DNA from: Raillietiella orientalis
Lineage: Eukaryota
Direction of reading: 5' to 3'
NCBI GenBank assembly: GCA_036172245.1
Contig: JAYWIR010000041.1
Span: forward strand, 1,550,001 to 1,614,000
Length of the DNA stretch: 64,000 nucleotides
The translations under genes were made by a program, and so were the position numbers. This document shows, one piece after another, positions 40,526-53,866 of this stretch. Each line of letters opens with the position of its first letter. Within the stretch, counting starts at the first letter, position 1. The notes under the pieces are model-generated. The model worked only from the letters and a program-made list of their open reading frames with translations, was not told the DNA's origin and ran no database searches.

Positions 40526-43500
40526 TTTCGAAATCTCCCTACTTTGTTTCCTGAAAACTGTAATGAAATGTGTGGATCATGTGTGATTACAGACTTATAT
40601 TACTGATTATGTTTTTGAATTTTCATTAATTTCATTTTGTGAACACTTACTTGTTATACTGGAGATCAATTCTTAGCTAGGAGAATATCATTCCAATTTC
40701 AAGTTTTGTTATGAGTCTTTTTGTGAATGTTGTGAATTCTAGCAATCAACATGGAATTACAAAAAGGAAGCTTGATTGAATATTGTGGTTTTCTAAATTT
40801 GTAGTAAAGAATGATAGGATATTAACAAGATGCTTAGGAAATTCCATCACCAAAATCCACTTCAAAGGTGTGGAGGATTTTTGTTCATGCACAGAGCAGC
40901 CTGTAACATCAATTTCTGAAGTACATTCATTTTCTGTTGATTAGTATCCCAGGTAAAAAAAATAATAAAACCTTCAATAATACCATCAATAATAAAACTG
41001 AAAATTGAGTTCCTCCTTCTACTAACATATGCTTTCGGTCTTCTTGTTCTGATGTCTGAGAGTCTTTATCTTTGTGTAGAAGAGTAGGTGGGAAGTTCAA
41101 AAGCAAATGAAGAAATCAGAAAGGTGATACTCGAACAGGTAGCAAAGATATACATGTTGTGAATGGTACTTGAGAAATCTGTGTTTATGCTTTCAATTTT
41201 AATGCATGCAATTGAGATTGAATGAATATCATCCATTGTTATTGTAAAGGTCTAACCTACAGCTACTTTTTTTCATGTATCAAAATAATTAACCAATTAT
41301 CAAAAAGCAGAACGATTACAACAGGCAGAACGATTGATTAGTGATCTGTTGTACCTTCCTTTTTATTTTGCCCACCAAACCAATTACGGAAAAGGAAACA
41401 AATGATGGAATTCCTTCTGATGTCATCAATTGCCATTAGTCCGCTTTTACAAATTACTGATTTTCTTTGTTTGTATTCCTATTTCATATGAAAACGTAGT
41501 GCTTCAGACAATTTTTTGAAGTTCCATATAACTGTTACCATATCGACGTAAATATAAAATTATCAAAGCAGATCTCGTGTAGGAACTAAGTGTTTATGAA
41601 ATCTCAAATTTTGTCCCACATATGAGTGTTTAAGTTGCACCATTGAAGCTTTTATCCACTCTAATTTCCAAATGATTCTATTAATGAATTTCATAATTAC
41701 TTGGTGAACTATTTCATCCTCTCGACAAAAGAAACCCACTGCTTGTAATATGAGAACAGGAGTCTCGTTTTTCTTTTTTACTAAGCAGAAGGTTTTTTTT
41801 TTTTCTTAATGTTTCACATACCAGTAATTTATATATGGCATTGCTGATTTCTTCCAAGAGTATGTTGGTTTTCAATCCAAGTTTTCTTTTCCATCGTAGT
41901 CGCGAAAGCATTATAATGTTGCTGACACTGCTCAAGCCGTGATCGATTGCATTCTAAGACAGCATGATGCTGTGCTTTCTGCAGAAAGTTGCTGGAGAAA
42001 GAAGAGAAGAGGAAACATGATTTTGCTGCTGCGATTTTTATTTCCCGAATTTCACACTTACGAAGAGGAGTATGGTTTTACGTGCAATGCCAATGCAAGA
42101 GATGAGCAATCAGCTTTGGATGGCAGTCATCGCATTCGTGCATGCGTGGACTTTTCTGATTACACGATGTGATTCATGTTTGTTTACTGTCATTTTGATT
42201 TACTTCTACTTGTATCCATTCAAATATTTTCTTAAAAAAACTACATTTATAATATTTAAGCTCTATGAAGAGTCAACGCAATTTCTTCACTTCGACACAT
42301 CCTGACTCATTTCATTCTTAGTTCAGACGGTACTATGAAATATCTATTTTTAAAATACAAACTCTTAAAAAATCGTCATAAAAAAATAGAAGGTGCAAGA
42401 ACAAATAATTCAGTTAGAAATGCAATTAGTAACACTGATTGAGCTAATTATACAAGAACACTAATTTTGGAAGGGGAATATTGAAGACAAAAGCAAAGTG
42501 AAATACTGAAAATATAACATGAAATGGTGCTGTTTATTTTTCAAGCTTACCATGTAAGAATTTTGAAGTGAGCAAGACAAGTTTATTTTGTATTATTAAA
42601 TGGAGAAAAGAAACATTTTCAGATCGTTAAAGTGAACCAAGAATTTCCGTAGGTAATAACAAACAATCAAGTATAAGTTGCTATATCCTGCCAACTGCTG
42701 GCGTTCCAGTCTTTATTCCATTTCTTTAATTAATAAGCAAGAATGATTTTCGAAAAATTCGTGATTTTAATAATGTTGCTCTTGCATGTATGTTTTCCTA
42801 GCTGTTGCAAACCTCAACATAAGCAGACTACTCTTTTAGCGTGGTCTGTAATTTTCTTTAAAAGACAGAAAAGTATGTTCACTTGTTTCCAAGTTTGCAT
42901 TAATTGCCAGAGAATCCTTTTTTCACTCGAATTCCGCACTGAACCCAAAGTTTCCTTCACTCTGGTTTATATGCTTGAACATTTTTCTTGGTTGGACGTT
43001 ATCTCAGGATGGTTTAGTTAGTGAGAGTGCAATCCTAGTTGATCATAGATGACTTTTGTCTGAAAAATAGCCGTGTGTTCTTATTTTTCATTGTCTTCTT
43101 CGGTGATGTTGTAAACTAATTACCTGTGATTATTTCTTTCCCTGTATATTTTGTATTTATTTTTATAGCTTTTTTTGCCGACTAGTTGTATTGTTAATTA
43201 ATGGCTATGATTCTCTGATTTTTTTTTCATTAGCCCAGTTTTTTTTTTTTTTTTCATTATTATTGATTATTTTTTCATTACCGTGTTGAAAACACTTCGA
43301 GGAACATTATTTTTTGAAAAAAACATGTCATCAATAAATTCTACAAAACATGCACGAATTAGTGGTTTCGTGTCAACTACAGGTCGCTTGTGTAAACATG
43401 ATCATGACTTGATTCAGAGCATACGAAGGATAGTTTGGAAAGATTCTCAGCTTTTGAATTTAGGCTGGATTCGCATCAATTTCTTTGCTGAGTAATGTAA

Positions 43501-44184
43501 GTCCTGTTTTTTTGTTGCGATATAAGTTTTTTAAGAGAATTAGGTTTTTCTTGAATTTTGATGCAAGGCATCTTTCGAGTATTACTTGAGTAGACTTTTT
43601 CGCTTGCAAAGTACGCAACATGCGTTGGTAGCACTGTTCCCTATCTTCTACGCTCATGCACCAATTCGAAAAGTGATCAGGATCGTCAGTGGACCATTGA
43701 ATTCCTTGGATTCCTTGATTAATGTTGCAAGGTAGGCGGTTGATGCAATTGTTGCACAGTGTATGGCATAGGAATCAGCGTCGTTTGAAAGTGTTTCACA
43801 GTTTGAAAAGAGCTTTAGGATTTGAAAGTTTCGTTGTTGCATGAAATGAAGATCAGGGAAGCACAGAGTACTAAACTAAGCATGTGCCTGGTGCTATAGT
43901 TATTTCGATGTATGTTAGGTGGTCACCTTTAGAAACGATTCGGGAATTCATGTTCTTTAACGGATTATCCCGTAGTTCAGTGATTAGCCTTGTATGGATT
44001 CCGATAGAGAATTTTGCTAAGCCATAGCCCTTCTCCAGGGGTGAAAGGCTTCCATTAATACCTTTGAACCATTGTGTGAGTTTATCCAAACAAGCTACCC
44101 ATATTTAACACCGAGCTATGAATATCTATGTGTCTTTCGTACTTTGTAGGATTTATGGATGCCGTTTTTTTAAAAATGGTAAAT

Positions 44185-45336
44185 ATGCCTTTGTATATAG
44201 AAAACGTAATTCATGATGACAATAATATTTTGAAAGTGAAACTAGATAATGTTAAAAATGTGATTACTTTGTTGAAAGCCGTGAATTTTAGAGAGGTATG
44301 CAGTTGTTTTTTATAGTTCCATTTTAAGCAATTCCCTACTTTGAAAATATTATATGACAGAATCCAAATTCTGAAAAGTATTGCAAGTTCATCAGAACTG
44401 ACTTTATTTTTGGAAATATAGTTTTAAAACATGAAAGACATGAAGTGTGTAAATTAAAATGACGTCTTTCTAGACAGCTACAATATTTGGAAGTCATAAT
44501 GGTTTAAAAATATCTGTTGAACATTCAAAATGTGTGCAAGCAAATGCATTCATTCAGGCCGAAATTTTCAGAGAATTTATTTTGAAGGAAGAAGTTGTAT
44601 CTCTGACATTAAATCTTTCGGTTTTACTTGATTGTTTGAATATTTTTGGAGGTTTCAACTCTTCTGGTAGTTATCCAACATTATGTATGTGTTATGCTGG
44701 ATATGGCCACCCACTTATTATTATGTAAGATAATCAGACCACTGTACAAAACATATATGGTTTTAGGTTAGAGGAAGGAGGAGTATTAACAGATTGCAGC
44801 ATTAACACTTTATATCCTGAAGAATTTGCTGATTTCAATTTTGAGCCTAACAACATGCATGCCAAAATCATTATGAAAGCTGACTGCTTGAAAGAAGTGT
44901 TTTCAGATTTTGATTTAGGCAGTGAAACTGTGCACATTTCAATTACAGGAAGAACTTTAAGATTCACTACATCTAGCACTTCCAACGAGAGCTGTGTATG
45001 TTCAGTTGGCATCAATGTTAACAACTATATGACTATTTGTTGCAACAGACAGAAATACCTGAAGATTCTGATGCTTTGGAAACTTTTCCGTTTTTTTCTC
45101 CTGTTTCATACAGATTCAAGCTATCTTTTCTAAAACTTTCAGCCAAGCCTCTTTCCCTTTCACAGAAAGTATCTTTACGTATAGATTTACAAGGATTGTT
45201 ATGCTTGCAGTACATGATTCACACAGAAGAAGATCAGTGCTGCTTTGTAGAGTTTCTGGTAAGTGATTTGACTTGGCTTCAGGTGTCTTGCATGCTGTGT
45301 TAGTGTTGCCCAGATGTGCAAAATTCCTCACAGTGA
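44185..45336 (+). CDS. RAD1: Cell-cycle checkpoint protein RAD1 (9-1-1 clamp), 5 exons, ~277 aa
   Basis: Exons 44185-44295, 44474-44724, 44767-44995, 45049-45258 and 45304-45336 (834 nt, GT-AG). Motifs LDNVKNVITLLKAVNFRE, CVQANAFIQ, LLDCLNIFG, YAGYGHPL, LEEGGVLTDC, GLLCLQYMI and FVEFLCCPD. In-frame alternative ATGs at 44155 and 44176. Confidence 0.93.
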
Positions 45337-46449
45337 GCTATCAAGTTCGATATATGATTCATGCAATGTTTCACATCCAATCTTTACTATGGCACTATTT
45401 ATTGGTTTTTGTTGCAGTCTGATGCAAATGCTAAAAATAGAAATGCCAATTTTTGCAAACTTATCTTATGTAAAGCTCATATAGGAGGAAGAAAGATTTC
45501 CAAAGATAAACAACATACATTTATGGAGGAGAATCTGGAAATAATCGTGTGTGCGAAAAGGTTCACCAATGTGGTAGTGTTCGTTTTATATGTGTATTAG
45601 CAACCTCTGAGATTGTACTGTATGTAAAATCATGTTGCATCTTCACTTATAAAAAATAAAATTCTCAATTCTTAATGATGAGTTTTCCACATCTTGATTT
45701 GGTCAACATTTAGGTTGCACCTTTGGAGCTCACTGGTTCTGGAGGACAGTGTGTTATTTTAAGTTAACTGATTTCAGCATATTTGTTTGCAGGTAATGCG
45801 TTAACTAGTTGAGTACTGTTTTCAAATGTTAAAAGCATTCTGATGAATACTGTCTTGCATTTCACAAAATGCAATACTTATAAATAGATGAAATTTCATA
45901 TCGCAGGGCTCTTCATATACTCTAGAACATGTTTTGAGGTGAGTGGCTGTATTTCAAATTTCAAAGGTTGATTGGACTTTGCTCAAGCACTAAGTGACGC
46001 TTCCTGTGAGTCATCAGCATAACTGCATCCCAAATAGACACTTGAAGCATTTGATTCTTTAATCACTTTCATATTTCTTAGTCCCCTAATTACGAATGTT
46101 TTCTTTCCACATCAGTATGGTAATCCTGTTCACTTTAATCAGTGATTGCCAGAAAAGAGTGCATTTACTTGTGTGTTACTTAATCATAATACAGTGTGTA
46201 CTATGTTTGGTGCCGACATGAATGCAGTAAATGCTTTTCCATTTTCTATTTTTCATGCATGTGTAAGGAGAACATTTCGAAGGAGCTTAAGTTGGTTAGG
46301 AGCTAAAGCTTTGGAAATGAAACAACGAAATATAGAAGGGCATCGAGTCGGTAGAGGAGCATTTCTTAAGGGAAACGTGCCGAATTTCAGCGGAACTTTA
46401 TCACTCCATCAGTACAGAAAGCTTGAGGATCGTGGTAGATTCTAATGGG

Positions 46450-49400
46450 ATTCTCAAAGTTGAGCTAATGCGGCAAAGCATGTCGTTTCTGCAAGTTAGC
46501 TTTTGTAACATTAAGTTTCCATCGAACCTAAGCAGAAAGCGTTCTAACATACGTGTGAAGTGTAGCTTGAAAATCCTTCAAAAGCTAGTCCGTATGATCC
46601 TGCACAGCATGCACATGATTTCCCTTGAACAAATAGCAAGTATGCTTCGCTTATGTGATATAGGGAGATTTCGCACAAGGGTGGAATTCCGCAGAATTCC
46701 CCAGGTAACACTATACGTATCTTATAAGAATATCTGCTTGTCGAATCTTTTGGCACTCAGTGCTTTCAAGGTTCAAAAATGCTGAGTAATTCAGTTTTTC
46801 CCGGGTCTGACATACGATGGAGTGGATTTATTAAAGCAAGAATTATTAATGATAACAATAAAAGAACAAAGTTCCATTTGGTACGTGCCCACAATGCTTC
46901 CCTTACTACATTTCACTGTTCCCATTTTGCAGTTGGGGGATTTCCATCTTCTCTAAAGGTTGCTGGGCGTCCGTCGTACTTGGTCATCAATCTTTTTCAA
47001 TATGTTCAGGTGGGGAATCTGTTGCACTTCCTACTTTGTCTATTTCTTTCCTAATTAGCCCTTGAAACAGTTTTTCAAAATATCCATGGCTGCTGCTGTG
47101 CCTCTGCACACGAAAGCATCATTTTTATGTATAACCCGCTTCAAAATTCCTCTTCGCCTGCTGAACTGGGCTGCTGTTCCGAATCCAGGGAGAAGACAAA
47201 GTTCACATCCTCCCACGTGCATGTGAAATCAACACACCGTACAGCTGCGCTGATTTCATTAGCCAATAAAGCCTATAGCCTTGGCTGCGAGGGCCTGAAT
47301 GCAGGCTTGCCGAGCTTTGGCACTGTGCAGCTCGGAGTCTCAAGCAATAGCGAATATCCGTTCTCAAGCACGTACGTTTGACAAGCGCAAGTCAGCTGTG
47401 TGAGATGACGTCTGGTGCATTCGAGCGGTACTTCGCCGTACTTAAGAAGCATGTTCTGGTGATTCCCTACAGAGGAGAACATCAGCTCCCTCCGGAGGAT
47501 GTTCTCCAGGGAAATCAGAGGAGAATCAAGAGCGGACGATGGAAGTCCCCATATGGCGTCGTCATCGAACCATTCGAATATCACCCTATGAGGTGAAGCA
47601 AAGGTACTTGAGTAACTAGCGGACATGAAGAAAAAAGAAAACAAAAAGGAGAAAAAAAATGGAAACAAAGCAGCAAATAGGGGCAAGTTCCGAAGCACTT
47701 TCTACTTGTGTCCTGGGATGTTTTCAATCAGTCTGATCGTGCTCCAATTGCAACAGCGATCTAGCAAGATCATGGTTTACACCCAGAAAGAGCCATATAG
47801 AATCTGCTTCACCTGCAGATGAATTGTAGTTGGCCAGAAGATAGGAAGGTTCATCAAAACCAATAACGTAGGGGGAAAGTTTGTGCTTCGTCTTCTGCGC
47901 TGCTACCTCGTACGTTTCCTCACCTCTTTCCTTCCTCTTTGTTGCCTTGCCGTTAATGTGAGACGACACCAGAATGGGCATCTAAAACACTTCGTTTCAA
48001 GCATGTACAATACAGAACAAATATTAAGCATCACTAATTTCTTCCTAGTAGCAGTCTGCAGCAGCGATCCCAGTCAGCACAGCAGCAACACAGCTGCTAC
48101 TATTTTCCACAAGCCTGCTGGTAAAAATCGTTGCGCCAAAAGTTTGTTCGCAACCTTGTTGGCTGGATGAGAGAGCTCGACGAGAGCTAGTGCTTGCGTT
48201 CTACCAAGAAAGCGTTGCGATTTCCAAGCAGAGGTGGTGTCGCCTCCAGCGTCGCTCTCGTGCTCTCTGAGGTAGGTGAAGCCAGTCTCCTCAACCTGTG
48301 GAGTCACCACCGCACAGAATTCGGACTTCAAGACCACCAATTCGCTCTCCAGCTTGTTGCACTGGGGGACTTCTACCACGATTGTAGTAATGTTCTCCTG
48401 GACACCGCAGATGCAGCGCTGGAGTTGCTCATGTTTCTCACTCTTCGTTCCAATTCAAACTTCATCACGTAGCTGAGCCAGATCCTCGACGATCTGCAAG
48501 GTTTCCTGCCTCTCCGCTGTGGGTTCCACCACTTTCATTTTGGGGTCCTCGGCGGTTTCCACCTTTATCCGGAGGATTGCTGCCCTTGCGGGTGCATCCT
48601 CCTTTTTCTCTTCTTCCGCCTGACTTCCTGGAAGCCGTCTTCCGAAATCGTTGCGGCTTCCTTCACACACTTCGTCTTCTCCGCCGGCTTCTTCAGCCTC
48701 CTTGCGTGTTCCCTCTGCAAGGGAGAGAGCCCAGATATTCCGCACCAGTACGCGTATCTTTTACAAGTCCACTTGGGGCGGCGAGGGAGCTTGCTAAAGA
48801 ATATGATTTCGGCTGAGGTTACTCTCGGACCAGGTGTTCCTGTTTGCGGCATCGGTGGCAACATGCTATGGAACACATCGCCACACGATGCCTGAACATC
48901 TTACATTGGGAGCAGAAGGCTCCGTAAGGCGATTGCCTCTACCGAACGAGAACTTCCTGCGACTGAACATCAATGACGGCAACTCGGGGAATTTGGGCAC
49001 CTTCCGCTAGTGTCGCCCTTTTGGCGACGCCCTTGCCGGAGGAAACTTTGCCTAGATGGTTGCGAAATTGTACTTGTTGAATTTCGCCGAACTTGGCAAG
49101 ATATCTCCATACATCTTGTTGAGATCAGCCGGATAATCCCTGCGAAGAGCGCAGTAGTGGTAGATACCTGGCAACATTCTGCTATTCATGTTGATGACCC
49201 TCTCGATCAGGGCAACCGCGAGGATTTCGTGTGGATGCTGAAACCACTGGCACAGGCAATTCTCGCCTGAGCTCTGTCTAAGTTTACGTTCGCCTTATAT
49301 AAGGCGAAAAAAACGAAGAGGATGTTGTGGACGCGGAGCATTCCCGTCTGAAACCTGACTATTCGGACGTCTACTTTTGGTGGAGCCATCAGATTGGGCG

Positions 49401-49720
49401 CCTCGAAGAGTACCATTGACTCCGGCTTGCCGTATATCTTAAGTGGCTGGACGTTGCTATTTAGAGCTGCCACCGCCGCGAACGAAAATGCCTGCGCCAC
49501 GGAAGCCAAGAAAGATGCTGGAGCGGCCGTTACCTTCCACGCCACGTGGGGGTTGGTAGGCTGCGACGAAAGCACCGCCGCCTACAACACGTGCGGAGAC
49601 GCTGTAATCTCACCCGCCGTGATCTTCATCTGTTGATGTGAAGCCGGCCAGGGCTTCATCTCTTCCCGCATCCTTCCGGCGGACAAAGAGTTCTCCGCTG
49701 CTAGGGCATTACGGGTCCTC
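46450..49720 (-). mobile_element. Degenerate L1/Tx1-like element: ORF1 (gag-like, two CCHC knuckles) and APE endonuclease remnant
   Basis: Minus strand 48914-48819 reads CSQCKMFRHRVAMC-SIAC-CHRCRKQEHLVRE*, two tandem CX2CX4HX4C knuckles, the second ending in a stop. Downstream are SNVRA (~47380), QDH (~46600) and RWKLN (~46520), typical of the L1/Tx1 APE and linker. Confidence 0.6.
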
Positions 49721-50448
49721 CACCGTGGTGCTGCTAAACTCAGTGCACTAGATAAAGGTTGATGGAGTCACTTTGTTGATCACTGTCACGTTTCTGTTTA
49801 TCCCTGAATTTTTCACCACTCGACGAACACAAAAATTGAATCGGAAGCGGTATTGGAAGCTCTTCAGGCGGGATATTCGGTAAAGTTTCCTCCTGCCATT
49901 AATGGCTCCTCACAGGACTTCCTCGGCTGGGATACTGCTCATGCGCAAAGTACATCCGCAATTCTGCGTAGACTGCTTGCATGCTTCCATTAGGCCATCT
50001 CTTAGTCAGTGTTCCCTTTATAATCGCATATTGCAGAAACCTGTACTGTGAGTAGAAGCTCAGTATTTTGATGGCAAATGCAACAATGCAGCGCACAAAA
50101 CATACGCTGCAAACACTTCAGGATGGCGGCATTGAAGAACAGCTCAGCAATGCGGATGCGATGGAAGCGGAAGCCTGTGCACAGCACCACTGCTTGGGTG
50201 CACCAGCACGCGTGAGCGCTGAATCCTCCGATGCAGTCTTCATTCCCTGCCACCTCCCATTGCGCTATCCGAAGCGATTCTTCTTTCGGGAACGCAGTCG
50301 AGACGGTATGCGGGAACGCATTGCTGCAACGCTATCTTCGAGTAGTGGGGCAAGCACGCTCATCCCATGGATCAACATGGAATTGGTGCGAAGGAACAGC
50401 GTAATTTTTTTATTTCTTTTCTCCGGATTAAATATCTCCATGGAATGT

Positions 50449-51010
50449 GGACTGTGGAATTTCGGCGTAATCCCTGATGACGCATAACCTGCCTGCTGTG
50501 AGCAACAGGTATACAAAAAAATCAAATCAATGCACAAAGCCTTTCTGGGTCCTCCATCTCATACACTCAGGCGCACATGAAAGCTTCATATTGCAATATC
50601 ATACCAAATTTTATGCACGCACTTTCAATTTCATTAAAGAATGCTTCCGCCTCACAAGGAACAAGCAAAAAACCCCTTGGCTACATTACGTCTACGCCAA
50701 TGGCAAATGGATCTGGACATCATCAGAAAGCCTACCCATCCAAGGAACACATAGTGTTTCTACGACCAAGTAGGCAACGCCGGCAAAACGACGATGGCAA
50801 AATACAAAGGTGTCTTCTCAAAAGGAACTCCGTCTACATGCACTCATGCAAAAAAGCCGATGCAACTGACATTTACAACAGAGAGCCGATAGTGGTTGTC
50901 GACTTCACCCAAGACAATCACGGAGGAACGAGGGCGGTAGTAAAGTTACATATTTGCGTGCCGGGTTCGGATGAGGAGTAAATTTGTGAGCAAAACTTTC
51001 ACTGTTGAAG
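50449..51010 (+). pseudogene. rep: Endogenous CRESS ssDNA-virus Rep fragment (SF3 helicase region; nanovirus/alphasatellite-like)
   Basis: GLWNFG (50449-50466); LRLRQWQMDL..PTHPRNT*CFYDQVGNAGKTTMAKY with Walker A GNAGKT at 50773-50790; then after a frameshift KKADATDIYNREPIVVVDF (Walker B) and RSKFVSK. Carries a stop and frameshifts. Confidence 0.75.
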
Positions 51011-52727
51011 AGTGTTAGCAATCCGTGATACTGATTTGATGTCTTCAATCTTCTATTTAGTTAGCCCTTGCTCTTCGGGATACAATGGGTGAGGTACGGG
51101 TTTGTGAATGGATACCTCTTGTGGGCGGTTTAAGGGAAACTACGAAATCTGAGTTGCCAGTATGGAGTGCACTCCTAAAAGGGTTCCTTACTCGTCTCCA
51201 TGGTGTCATGACTTGTAGAAAAGAAATTTTTTGATCGTCTCCTCCTGTCAATCATTTTTGTACTAATGGAACTATTAGATGGAGTTAAATCTGATTTGCA
51301 AATTATACAGAGATTTGGAGGAACTACTTTTGCATAGTATGCTGCTCAGTTTTTTTACAACAAAGTACAGAGATGTGCTTCACCACATGATCGGAATCAC
51401 GAATGTTAATTAACGAATAAGTTACAGGAAATGTGGATGCGAATCATTGAAAATTTAATTGCAGCACCATAATTGCACTAATTCGCCTCAGTGAGATTAA
51501 TTTTATCATTTGTGGATATATCATATTGCAAAAAAAGAAATATTTCCTCAAACCAAAAATGTATACTAAAAGGATGTGTGGATGTCATTCAAAGTTTCAT
51601 TTCCCCTTTCCTTAGGCCTGTTTTACTAATTTGATTATCAGCTGCAAATACTGCAACTGATGAAAATGCTTTGTGTAGCCAAGTTCCAGACCATACTGTG
51701 CTCAGACAGTATTCAGATCTGGAGTGCTACTTTTATGAAAGATGGTGGTGTACTTTCCAAGTTTCCCAGCTAAAGGTTGTCCTGAAACTTCATAAGTAGG
51801 TTCCAAAGAATTTGCTTTGGATTACATGGTTGAAACTATATATTTTCATGCAGTTTTGATTTATACCTTTTTGTTGGAAATTTCAATCCACGTTTCAAGA
51901 ATATTGCATGTATTCGTAACAGGAAAGCATATCTCAAATATCATGTTGTAGTCTTGCATGCATATTCTTTGCAGCTTGCATATTTTCTGTATTTCCTATC
52001 TTTGCAACTATTATGTATTTTTTTGGTTGTAAAATCTTTTAATTTGAGAAGGAATCTGTAAGGACACACATTTTTAGTCCGAATTCTTGCTTAGATGTGT
52101 CCGTTCCTGAGACTTGCAACCTTTTTAGGCTTTCAGGCTTTCATAGTATCAATTCCAATGTGAATGTCATATGAAATACAAGCACATATTAGAAGATTCA
52201 GCACAGTTCTCTCTTTTCCAGAGCTTTCCTCGTTTTTTTTTAAATTTTTGAATTTTTTATTCGTTTTCTTTGCCTCAGTTCTAAAGTCTGCAATAGCAAC
52301 ATATGTAATGGCATGTGATATGGGCATGGGTATGTAAACTGATTGTAAACTTCACATTTTTCCAATTGAAGGATTAAATCCAAACTTTGGATCAGATTAG
52401 GATTTAGAAAGCTACTTTCATCCTTAGTTCATTCTTCATTAAAGAAGAATAATTATGTGCAGTCTTTGTATTGGTATTAGCACTTTTAAAAGTAAATGCC
52501 TTCTCAAAACTCATGAGAGGATCCTTTGAAAGGGTACCTTTTGTAATCATATGTTGCTAATGGGTACTTTTTTTTTTTTTAATGAAAATAACTTTACAAA
52601 ACTTGAATTTTAATTTTCAAGAGTAAACTTTAGTTTTTAAAAACTCTGAAAACTGATCTAAAAACTCTCCATTTCACTGTGTACATTTGCTATTCTTGAA
52701 TGCATGAAATCCTGAATACACAATAGT

Positions 52728-53728
52728 TCAGAAAACTGACAAAGGGCACTTGTCAAACTCTGAAATTTCAATAGACAGAGGTTCTGGTAATAAAGCACGT
52801 AATGCATTCATTAGGTATGGCAAATATCCTCTTTCTGTAATGCAGTGCTCACTCAAAACAACATGGATTCCTTTATGGGTACATTCTAGCACTTGGTGGT
52901 GTGTCATTTCTCCTAAATATGCATTAAAAATGTAACAGAAATAGTAGTATACCTGTTAAAATCATATCTGCATGAACATCTTTCAGGATGCTGTATCCAG
53001 AACCAGCACAAACAGCAATTTCACGGATAATATCATTTAAATCGAGCCTTTTTTTTTGTTTCTGATCATATGCCAATGCTACACGAAGATGAGATACTCC
53101 CAAATGTTTCTTAATCAGGTCAATTGCTTGCAACAAACTTATGGGACTTTTTAATGTACCTACACGACCTAAGCCAACTGCAGTTTGTTCACTGATTGCA
53201 TTTTTGATCATTTCAGATGAACAATGTGTTACACTGAAGTGCATTGCATTGTTCCAACGCAAACTTGGCTTCTCTAAAATTGGCTTGCTACTGTTGCAAG
53301 CTGACATATTCATAAATAATATGCAAGCTTATGCACAACTTACAGAAAGCCTTCAATAACCAATCATTAATTCCTCCAGCTACGGAATCTAAGCAGGTAT
53401 GCGTTACAAATATTGCCATTCTACTTTCCATACATAATGTTAAAGTACGCTGTGTCCAAACATCCTTAGTAATACATTTTATTGGATGAAAAATTAATGG
53501 ATGATAAGAAAGAATCATATTGATATTTTTATCTTTTGCTTCCTGAGCCACCAGTTCTGTTAAATCATTTGTTAAAAGTATTTTTTTAACTTCTAATGGT
53601 GGAGTGGGTTCAACAATTAGTCCAACATTATCCCATTCTTCTGCCAAATGCAATGGTACTATGGTTTCTAAAATCTTAACAATATTTGGAAGCAGCATAG
53701 ATGGCATTCCAATAGTCTTGCTAATCAT
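52728..53728 (-). CDS. NIF3L1: NIF3-like protein 1 (GTP cyclohydrolase 1 type 2 / DUF34 family), 3 exons, ~305 aa
   Basis: Exons 53728-53344, 53300-52953 and 52912-52728 (918 nt). Motifs LAEEWDNVGL, LTNDLT, SYHPLIF, HTCLD..GGINDWL, AVCAGSG, TGEMTHH and EHCITERGYL. Confidence 0.93.
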
Positions 53729-53771
53729 AAATACTTCAGTCAAGCAAATTCAAGGTAATTTTTGAAATTCT

Positions 53772-53790
53772 CTATGAAAAATAAAAAAAA
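53772..53790 (-). promoter_or_regulatory. Unpaired 3' splice acceptor (putative spliced-leader trans-splice site) upstream of NIF3L1
   Basis: Minus strand TTTTTTTTATTTTTCATAG, ~95 nt downstream of the CIAO1 stop and ~45 nt upstream of the NIF3L1 ATG. Confidence 0.5.
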
Positions 53791-53866
53791 CGTGATAAAT
53801 TTTACAAAATTCAACAAATTACTCATTTTTGTTGGCACTTATTCCACACAATTAACTGTCACTCTA

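Noticed and set aside
43320..44100. Gene divergent from RAD1 (three short minus-strand ORFs)
   Set aside because: Frames are broken, with no convincing splice sites or domain; more likely an unidentifiable TE remnant.
47474..47507. 10-bp hairpin GGAGAACATC/GATGTTCTCC
   Set aside because: Isolated, lies inside a LINE relic, and has no U-tract or nonanucleotide loop; may be chance.
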